DNA of 26,025 nt from Amoebophrya sp. A120 (lineage: Eukaryota; Protista; Dinoflagellata): positions 49,321 to 75,345 of the forward strand of contig CAJINV010000039.1 of NCBI GenBank assembly GCA_905178155.1, written 5' to 3'. Under the pieces are notes generated by a model. The model did no database searches. It had not been told where the DNA came from and saw only the letters and a program-made list of their open reading frames with translations. Numbering within the stretch: position 1 is the first letter of the stretch; each line of letters begins with the position of its first letter. Positions 18,118-26,025 of the stretch are shown piece after piece. The translations under genes and the position numbers were made by a program.

Positions 18118-19089
18118 ATGCCGACGCTTTGCAGTCGGAAGAAGTTTGCCGCAGTGATGGTTTGCCTGCACCAATATTGTCACGCCGGTCAGCCACAACA
18201 AAAGTGCTGGCCTCTTCCAAATAAGTCGTTGCCAGTCCAGCGAGCAGAGTGCTGCGCGGACGACTCCGACGGGGAGACGAGGGGACACAGCTGCGCCGCC
18301 GACCTGGAAGAGGGTGCCCCGCCGGAGGAATCGGACAACGGCTGGAGAATGGCGGTGAACGGCTCAGGCGGCGGCTCAGCCAGCAAGAGTGGGGCCGAGC
18401 CAATTGCTCAGGAGAGCGAGGCTCTTCAGACGTCGAACAGAGCAGTGACTCCAGAAGAGCGAAACCGTCTGGAAATCGAAAACTCGTACCGCAACGAAGA
18501 GAGCGTGGGCCGGTGTCTCCAGCAAGCGGGGGCCGAGCGTGGTTTGGCTGCAAAGAAAAGATCCGATGAAAAAACACAGCAAGTGAGAGTGAGGCATGAA
18601 ACGCTGTATAATTCAGAAAAGAATGAAAGCACCGATATAGAGGCAGAACTAAAACAGCAAAGCGAAAGAGAAGAGGACGCGGAACTGAGGCACAGCGGAT
18701 ACTGTCCCCTTAACCTTGACCGTAAGCTGCCGCTTCTGTCTAGTCACGCCATGGCGAAGAGGATGCTGAAGCTGAATGGACATGAGGCAAAAGTCTGGGG
18801 CTCGAGTCGCAAAACAACTGACGCTGAGCGAGGCATCCCTTATGCTGATGAAAGCGAGCAAGTCTCCTACCGTGCAATGTTGCGATCCCGTAACAAGTTT
18901 TACCGATTGGTTGAGCTTGTCTGCAAGGCCTGCGAATTCACCTTCCGCTTTACCTTCGAAACGGATTTCGCGCCGGATGAGGTTTTCAAAAAAAAGCTGT
19001 TTGGACAATCACTGCAACGAGCGGAAATACGGCTCTGCGCCGCCCATGAGAAACCGATTCCTGTGAGAGAAAGTTTTTTCATTCCATAG
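18118..19089 (+). CDS. Hypothetical 323-aa ORF (charged/low-complexity N half, CxxC...CxxH near the end); possibly an upstream exon of OTU gene copy 2 or an unrelated element
   Basis: Long ATG-initiated ORF with coding-like composition. No recognisable family. Confidence 0.45.
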   Translation: MPTLCSRKKFAAVMVCLHQYCHAGQPQQKCWPLPNKSLPVQRAECCADDSDGETRGHSCAADLEEGAPPEESDNGWRMAVNGSGGGSASKSGAEPIAQESEALQTSNRAVTPEERNRLEIENSYRNEESVGRCLQQAGAERGLAAKKRSDEKTQQVRVRHETLYNSEKNESTDIEAELKQQSEREEDAELRHSGYCPLNLDRKLPLLSSHAMAKRMLKLNGHEAKVWGSSRKTTDAERGIPYADESEQVSYRAMLRSRNKFYRLVELVCKACEFTFRFTFETDFAPDEVFKKKLFGQSLQRAEIRLCAAHEKPIPVRESFFIP

Positions 19090-19098
19090 ACCTTCCAG

Positions 19099-19261
19099 GT
19101 CCGTTGGAAGTGTTAGTCCAGCTTTTGGAGATCAGCAAGGTAGCAGCGCAGATAACTGGAATTGTCCACCAACTTGGGCCAGCACTGCAGAGGGCTGCCA
19201 ACACCATGCAAACCGAGCACAGGAAGATTTTCAACTACATCAAAAACCACTACGACGCTGT
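19099..19261 (+). CDS. Upstream exon of permuted-OTU gene copy 2
   Basis: Putative acceptor CCTTCCAG ends at 19098. The exon encodes PLEVLVQLLEISKVAAQITGIVHQLGPALQRAANTMQTEHRKIFNYIKNHYDA. A GT at 19262 is in phase with the AG at 19440-19441 (180-nt intron), the same position as in copy 1. Confidence 0.65.
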
Positions 19262-19441
19262 GTATACGACTATGCTTCTTGTTGCTTCGTTGAGACGCTG
19301 GTCCATAGGTAGTCATGCCCCAATACGTATCATCCAGATGAGTCAGAAAATTTTTGCAACATCAAACTTAATATATTGAAGGCCAGGCATGTAGTATTTG
19401 TAATGACCGCAAACTTCTTTCAATGGCTCCTCACTTCTCAG

Positions 19442-21242
19442 GATTACCTGGTTCGGGGGGAAGCGTCAGGATGAGAACCAGGAAGAGTACGAGCAGCGAC
19501 TTTCGAACAAGTTGCAGGAGAACATTGAAACTCAGAAAAAGTGGCCGAAGTGGTCTGCGACCCCTCTGTGGGTCCGAGAAGTGGACGGCGAAACGGTTGA
19601 TACCTACATAAGGCTGCAGTTGGAAAAGGAACGGTCTGCAGCGGTGCCGCCGAGCAAGCAGCAGGCACATAGCAGCAGTTCGTCCTCTGGGGACGCAAAT
19701 GGCAGTTCCCGCGGTAGAGGTGCTAACTTCAACGCGACCCAAGGACAGCAGGCGCAAGTCCAAACTTCCGAGGTTACTGTCGAAAAAACGGCCGAGGAGA
19801 TTTCGCAGCGAGCTTCGGGAGTAATGACGGATATGATCCAGAACGGAGCGATCATGCCCGCGGTTCAATTTGGCATCGGGAGATTGAGCAACAAAATGTG
19901 GCAGTCGTGGGACGACAAGGTCGATAATGAACTCCGGATCTTTCAAGCGAAGACGCAGCAGGCGATGGCGTTCAGCGGCAAGCCAGCGGCCCGGGCGCTC
20001 GCCGCCACGGTGCGCAATGCGGAGCACGCCGCGATACTGGCGAAATTTTCACCGGAGGAGCAGGCCAAGATGCGGAAAATGCTGCTGCAGCAGGACCTGG
20101 ACTCGGCGATGGATGCCGCGGGAGCCCTGGACCGCGGGGAGCCGGCGAGCCTCCACCACATCGGTGCGCTCACTGAAACGCTGCAACAGCCCGTCGTGCT
20201 CCGCGACGAGAACCAGAATGTGCTCACCACCATCGGCAAGGGCCTTCCCGGTGCCCCGTGCAACGTCACTTTTTACAAAGGCAAGGACGGTGAACCCGGG
20301 CACTACGTGGCAACGAATGCAGCCGTAGGGGACGGGTACACTTCCCCCGGAAAGCCCGCCGGCAAGAATGCTTGCTTGTTCAACGCAGTAGCGGCGCAAG
20401 TGTACGGGGATCAGGGCAAGGGCGCACAACTGCGGGCCAAAACGGCTGCCCACATTCGGAATAACCCGCAGCAGCTGATGACAATTGCCAGCTCGATTCG
20501 CCGACACAACTTTTATAAGGGCGGTGCGCCGTCGTGTACTCGAAGCAATGATTGTTGGGTAGCAAACAATGACATGATTACCGCAATCCAAAACGCGCAC
20601 CCGCAAGCTCAGTTCGTGGCACTGCACCTAAATTGTCAACAAGACAAGACACCACACTTCACTATAAAGTACGGGCATGATGGACCGTTCGGGTGGAAGC
20701 AGGTATATGGCATGCCTCAGCCCGGAGACCCTCCGGGGCCTAAAGGTCAACCTACGGTGCATCCCAGGGGAAAGCATATGAACAAACCTCCTCCCTACGT
20801 TCAGAACGCAAACCAAGCCGCACTGCTTTCGTTCGCACAGCGCGTTTTTCCGATCGCGAAAGCCGCTCTTCGGGCAAACGGAGGGGCCGCGGCAGTAGCG
20901 GCGCAAAATATGAATGGCCCTGGAGACCTTTTGGTGCCTGCCAATAATGCTGTGATGCGGGCCACTTTTGCTCTACACGGAGCCCCAGGAGTCGGCGATG
21001 GGAACATAGCTGCTACAACTGCGTTCAATAATGCCGCAAATGCAGACCAGGTCAACAACGCGCCAGCTTTCAATCCGGATGTTTTCCTCAACGCACCACC
21101 GCCTGCCGCTGCAGCACAGGCACACCCAATAGCCAAGGTACCTGGTGGAGGTCCGAAGGCTCCCGCTTTGCAAGGCGTTTGGGCGAAAGCGCCACCTAAA
21201 GCCGCTGCGAAGCATCCACCACATGCTGGGCCAATTCCATGA
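19442..21242 (+). CDS. Last exon of permuted OTU-like protease + KGG + variable C-terminal domain protein, copy 2
   Basis: Uninterrupted paralog of 8708-10737. His at 20301-20303, Cys at 20373-20375 and GG at 20520-20525, then a divergent C-terminus. Confidence 0.88.
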
Positions 21243-22978
21243 CAGCTTCAACAAGCTGGACACCAACTACGCAGACGCTTACGCACAAAGAAGAAGAGTA
21301 AATTGCGGATACCTCTACAGCTTGATAGCTTTCGCTTTTTGGTTTGTCTCACCAACTGAGCCGCGGAGAAGTTCAAGTAGTTCACCGGTTTTCATCTCTT
21401 CCAACTATAATCGCAGTTTTCTTCTTTGGATACCTGCGAGCTGCATCCTTCCTCGCCCGGTGTAGGCGAATTCTTCTGTAGGTTTTCGCTTCGGCAGAGT
21501 AAGAAATAGACAAAAATGTCCGATAATAATCATACTTATATGTCTCTTCAGAAATCAAGATACTTCAACGCTAAACATAAAGAAGCATAAGAGCGGTTCG
21601 CTGCCATAAAAAGGAAGTAAGCCCTCCACTGACTTCGATATCATGTGTGGACTACGACACATTGGACCATTTTCTCTGCTTTTTTGTATGATTCTATATG
21701 ATTTCTTTAACCTAGCAGTGGAAGAAGATGACGCAAGAACGGCAGTATTTGCAAGTCAGTACTTTTTGTATGATATGATTTTTTTTCGGACCTGCCCCTT
21801 CTTCCGACTGCCGTAGACACAAGACCACCATGTGTACACCATGTTTCCTTAGAAATTGTACGAGAATGCCTATGATGTTTTAGGCTTCAAGAAATAGTTT
21901 TCGTTTCGTATTATACATAATGTATTACTAATGCTACGCGGAAAATATAAAGATCTTTTTGGGAACAGAACAAAATATCTTTCTGACACCAGCACAGAGT
22001 ACGTAGGATGACACCCATCAGATTTTGCATTATGCACGGCAGCTAGAGTGGTATGGATGGCATTCTTTTTCGTCGACAATTATTTCACAAAAAAGATAAT
22101 TTTTACAAAAATGGTGTTGTTTTCGTGGTTTTCCGGTCGGTGAACCGGTACCCCTGTCCTCCATACAAGTCTATGACACGAATAACAAACGACCACTGTG
22201 TTCGGTGAGACGGCAGGGGCTGAACTGCTTCGCTTTCTTTCTCGGTCCCCGAGTGATTTCGGTGTGAGTTTGTTTATGCTACGAGTGGAAATGAGATGCT
22301 TCCCAAATAATGCTGTTTCTGTTGTAATGCAAAGTTGCTTTGCATGATCCTCAAATTTGAATTTTACAAGAAGAACAAAAAAACAAAAATTCCGACCAAA
22401 TGATTGAACGACCAGTCCGATCGCGCTCGCGCATTCCTGAAAAGTCATCTCTGCGCACCAACCTATCTTGTTCGAAGCAAAGGATGATAAATGGCGCGAT
22501 CAAACAAAAAATGAAAATCACTCAAATTTTTTTGCTCATGTCAGGCCTTTTAGATCGGCGAAAAATATCATTAGATAGAAATCCCTTCACGCGGACTCGC
22601 TGCATACCCATGAAAAAATCACTTTCCACAAGACACCGACGAACATGATCGGCATGGCGAAATGAAAGCTCTCGCAGAAACCACAGTATGAGCAATGAGA
22701 GTGTAGTAGTTCTTAGATTGAATATCAATTTCGCACAACGAAGTCCTACCCGGGAGCTAGTGAAGCACAACGTTGAGCTTTGTTTTCCCTCATGGAAGAA
22801 CGACAGGTACAGACTGCATTCATATTGCGTGAGAAGAAATTGGAGCATCTACTTTTTGACTTCCTTTATCCCAACTACGTTCCTCGACAACGAGATAATC
22901 CGTATTTCGCACTGTGTACACTCCTCCCACATAGAAAGCTGCAATTGGTATTTATTTCATTGCTCCTCGGAATAAAGA

Positions 22979-25774
22979 ATGGCCCAAATCGTCAATTTTT
23001 CGGTGGAGCCGCCTGCGTCCTCATCATGCCAACAAAACTCAGGTAGTTCGCATGATGTGTGTCCAGGTGAAAACAATAACAAACCGCAATCCCATAAGGT
23101 ATTGACAATTGTTGATCTTGGCGGAAATAGATTGAGCCACATATCCTTGGCACCACAGCAGAATGAATTGCTTTTCCGGGACGTGAAAACCCATCTCCTC
23201 ACTTCGCTCAGTCAAATAAAGAGCTTACTTGGCATAGGAGCCGTGTTCAGCAAGCCGCTCGTCGAGAGAGTATGCACTTCACGTTGCGGAATGACCAAGA
23301 CGGAAAAAATCCAAGCTCCAGCAAACGAGGATATAGGTCTACATCTCCTTGGCGCAGAGGGGCCAGGTGAGCTTGACGAAAAGATCGCCGGGTCCAGAGT
23401 CCAACAAATGCCGGATGACTCGGCAGCGGAATGTGCGGCAAGTGCATGCGGGTGTCCGTCTTCGGGCTTCGGTTCTTCCAGCAAAAACGTGATGGCAATC
23501 GGGGCGCGCGCAGAGAGCGAATGCATTGTCTGGGATGGACGCTTTCCTATTCCAGTACGAGGAGATGATGTGCATGGGGTTGCGGAACTCCAAGTTGTAT
23601 TTGATGCCCGGGCGCAAGACGCACTTACACATGCGACGGAGGTCCTGCAGCTACAGAGCACGAATCTACAAGAGCAAGAAGAATTTTTGCACAGGGACGC
23701 GGACGAATCGTTTTCGTGGAACGTTCCTGCCGGTGCCATGGCTGCACACGGCGATGTCGAAGACGACACTTGGGACGACTATGATCTTCCATCTGATGCC
23801 GACGCTCAACATTTTGGCGGATGCTGTTGCAGACATGGGGGAACACGTTATGCAATGAGCGAGGGAACCTGCCTGATGAAAAAGATACAAGAAATTTATC
23901 CGCAGGGTGCCAGCAACGACTTCGGCGAGTGTGACTTTGAATTTCGCGAAGCTTTGGTCAAACTTGCTGTCGGTTGTTCTGTCCGTTGGGAAACGGGGAA
24001 TCCGCAAGTGATCGAGATGGGTGGCAGCAGCCGGCTTTTTCGGGCAAGTCGCGAGCTTAGCATGTTGGCATGCGGAATCAATGGGTTGGCGCTGCGATAC
24101 GCGACATTCGAGCTACGCAAGGACCCTGAAGTCGTGAAGATTGCCGTTGCCACGGACTGGCGCTCGTTGCGATTTGGCAGTGTCGCAATTCGGTCTCAGC
24201 TTGAACACACAGACATAGCACTTTGCGCAGTAAAACAAAACGGCTGGGCATACAAATACCTGCGGGGTGACCTCCGGCAGAGTCGTGAACTCGTTCAACT
24301 ATCCGTTCAACACAAACCGTGGTGCCTACGTTACGTCCCGCTAGAATACCGAGCTGACCCGAAAATCATCACGGACGCGGCGGCGATTGATGGCGTTGCC
24401 GCGTTGAAGTTTTGCGACCCCGCGATCCAAACAAAAGCGCTACTGACCGTCGCGGTACAGTCAAACGGACTGGCGCTGAAATATTGCGAAGCTGAGATTT
24501 TGGACAAGTCAATTGTGAAAGTGGCGCTAAAACAAAATCCATACGCGCTCAGATTTGTGACTGGCGATGCGATGCGCAACGACCTCGACCTGTTGCGTTC
24601 ACTTTTTCGTGGCCCAAGTCCAATGCTGCGGACCGATTGGCATCTTCTTCCAGAACAGTGTCCGCCAGAACGCTTTGGAAGCGAGATTTGCGAACGCCAA
24701 CCTGGCAACGGCTACGGCATGAGCACGGATTACAGTGCTGTCCATGTTGGCTGCTCTCTGAAAGAGCACAAGGATCTTCTTTTTACGGACGGCGCGAGTG
24801 ACTCTATGGTGCGCGACACGAGGAACAACCAGATTCATACGAAATCTCCTTGCGGTATCGCGACGCAGGTGCGACATTGCTCTTGCTCGAGTTGCCTCTT
24901 GTCGCAACTCCGTTTTAACGACACCAGCCGCTCTAGCAGTTGCTACAAGCACAATCAAACAAGGCGTCGCCATACGTGCCTGATGCAGCGCTATATTCAC
25001 GTTCCCGATTTCTGTGGAGATGGGGAACATGTATGCAATGCGCTTTGCCACGAGCTAGGGCACATCTATGTCGAATCTGAGCCGGAGCCCAACCAGTTTC
25101 TCGCGCAACATTTTGAGGACCAGCAGGAAGAGTCCTTTGGCTCGGTTCCGGAGGACCTCGGAGACCTGGTTCTTCGAGACTTCTGCAACAAGGATGTCTG
25201 CGACGACGACGCTATTGTTCTTTCTTGCGTTCGTTTGGATGGGCTGTGCCTCGAGCACGCGAGTTCCCGCATCAGAGGCGATCGAGGGCTTGTCAAGGAG
25301 GCAGTCGCGCAGAATCACGACGCCCTGCTCTTCGCTGCGCAACATCTCCGTGAGGACCCGAGTTTCGTTGTGGAATTAATGGAAGAAGCCTGCGCAAATG
25401 TGTTCTGGAATGCCGACAAATTAGCAGTGCAGGACGTTCTGCTGTCGGAAAAAGGAGAGAGAAGCCTGTCCCTCCGAGCTCTGAAGGCGTATCCCGGTCT
25501 ACTGGAGTTCGCCAGTGAGGACTTCAAGCGCGATCGGTCGAACGTTGCAGCGTTGCTAGCGATCGACGGCGCAGTCCTTCAGTTCGTGGACTCGTCAATG
25601 AAGCGCGACAAAGACCTTGTACGTGTTGCGCTGAACGCTGGTGGATTCCTTTGGCACGCCGACAAATATCTCGAAAAAGACCCCGATTATGCATGGCAGT
25701 ATCTATTTTTCCCCTCTTTTCTTCGACGAATTGCACTTGGTTTGTTGAAGCACAACATCGCTTCGCGAAATTGA
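22979..25774 (+). CDS. DUF4116-repeat protein C, main exon (true exon end probably 25686; gene continues at ~25904); split Ubl header
   Basis: 931-aa ORF with NGLALRYATFELRKDPEVVKIAV, DGLCLEHASSRIRGDRGLVKEAVAQN and LLEFASEDFKRDR. Collinear with gene B. Confidence 0.88.
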   Translation: MAQIVNFSVEPPASSSCQQNSGSSHDVCPGENNNKPQSHKVLTIVDLGGNRLSHISLAPQQNELLFRDVKTHLLTSLSQIKSLLGIGAVFSKPLVERVCTSRCGMTKTEKIQAPANEDIGLHLLGAEGPGELDEKIAGSRVQQMPDDSAAECAASACGCPSSGFGSSSKNVMAIGARAESECIVWDGRFPIPVRGDDVHGVAELQVVFDARAQDALTHATEVLQLQSTNLQEQEEFLHRDADESFSWNVPAGAMAAHGDVEDDTWDDYDLPSDADAQHFGGCCCRHGGTRYAMSEGTCLMKKIQEIYPQGASNDFGECDFEFREALVKLAVGCSVRWETGNPQVIEMGGSSRLFRASRELSMLACGINGLALRYATFELRKDPEVVKIAVATDWRSLRFGSVAIRSQLEHTDIALCAVKQNGWAYKYLRGDLRQSRELVQLSVQHKPWCLRYVPLEYRADPKIITDAAAIDGVAALKFCDPAIQTKALLTVAVQSNGLALKYCEAEILDKSIVKVALKQNPYALRFVTGDAMRNDLDLLRSLFRGPSPMLRTDWHLLPEQCPPERFGSEICERQPGNGYGMSTDYSAVHVGCSLKEHKDLLFTDGASDSMVRDTRNNQIHTKSPCGIATQVRHCSCSSCLLSQLRFNDTSRSSSCYKHNQTRRRHTCLMQRYIHVPDFCGDGEHVCNALCHELGHIYVESEPEPNQFLAQHFEDQQEESFGSVPEDLGDLVLRDFCNKDVCDDDAIVLSCVRLDGLCLEHASSRIRGDRGLVKEAVAQNHDALLFAAQHLREDPSFVVELMEEACANVFWNADKLAVQDVLLSEKGERSLSLRALKAYPGLLEFASEDFKRDRSNVAALLAIDGAVLQFVDSSMKRDKDLVRVALNAGGFLWHADKYLEKDPDYAWQYLFFPSFLRRIALGLLKHNIASRN

Positions 25775-26025
25775 ATCAAGAGAATGCTTGGCCTCCGTGC
25801 TGCGCTAAAAGAAATGACAGGTGAAACGCTGGTCTTCATTTGCAATGCAGATCGCTGGTCTTTGTGTGCGATTCGTTCCTAAAAAAAGGCTATTCCAGGC
25901 ATGATTCGCAGCCTGTGAGGTGCGAACGCTTCGACCGCCCACGTTAGAAGCGCGAGCGCTTCGCTATGCCCGCAAGCAAAACAAGCAAGCACAATTTTGA
26001 ATGGTGGGGTTAGATAGGTTTCTTT

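Noticed and set aside
21681-21790. TGTATGAT-T-rich motifs in both OTU-to-DUF4116 spacers (also ~11196 and ~11646)
   Set aside because: Short and low-complexity in AT-rich DNA; cannot be distinguished from chance by eye.
1-26025. CRISPR array, tRNA/rRNA genes, dinoflagellate spliced-leader relics, or a prokaryotic RT system (retron/DGR/group II intron)
   Set aside because: No regularly spaced repeats, RNA-gene signatures or SL sequence were seen. The RT is preceded by an APE endonuclease and is clearly non-LTR type.

Overview
Eukaryotic (protist-like) window, probably from an Amoebophrya-like syndinian alveolate. That assignment is an inference from non-canonical, inverted-repeat-bounded introns and Ubl+DUF4116-type genes. 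All recognisable genes are on the + strand. The window holds three paralogous large DUF4116-repeat genes (A 347-3850, B 12393-16271, C 22979-~26000), each with a split ubiquitin-like N-terminal header and a Cys/His-rich insert. It also holds a frameshifted, 3'-truncated RTE-like non-LTR retrotransposon (APE endonuclease + RT, 5754-8349). The most striking feature is two copies (8346-10737 and 19099-21242) of a gene encoding a circularly permuted OTU-like cysteine protease (GHY precedes NACLF). The protease is followed by a ubiquitin-like KGG motif, right after which the two copies abruptly diverge. Each copy lies about 1.7 kb upstream of a Ubl-DUF4116 gene, so the window contains a duplicated two-gene module resembling a eukaryotic polymorphic effector/toxin cassette with a self-cleaving protease and a partner protein. 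Copy 1 carries a 170-bp element with 25-bp perfect TIRs and a 5-bp TSD that is absent from copy 2 and could be spliced out cleanly (introner-like).
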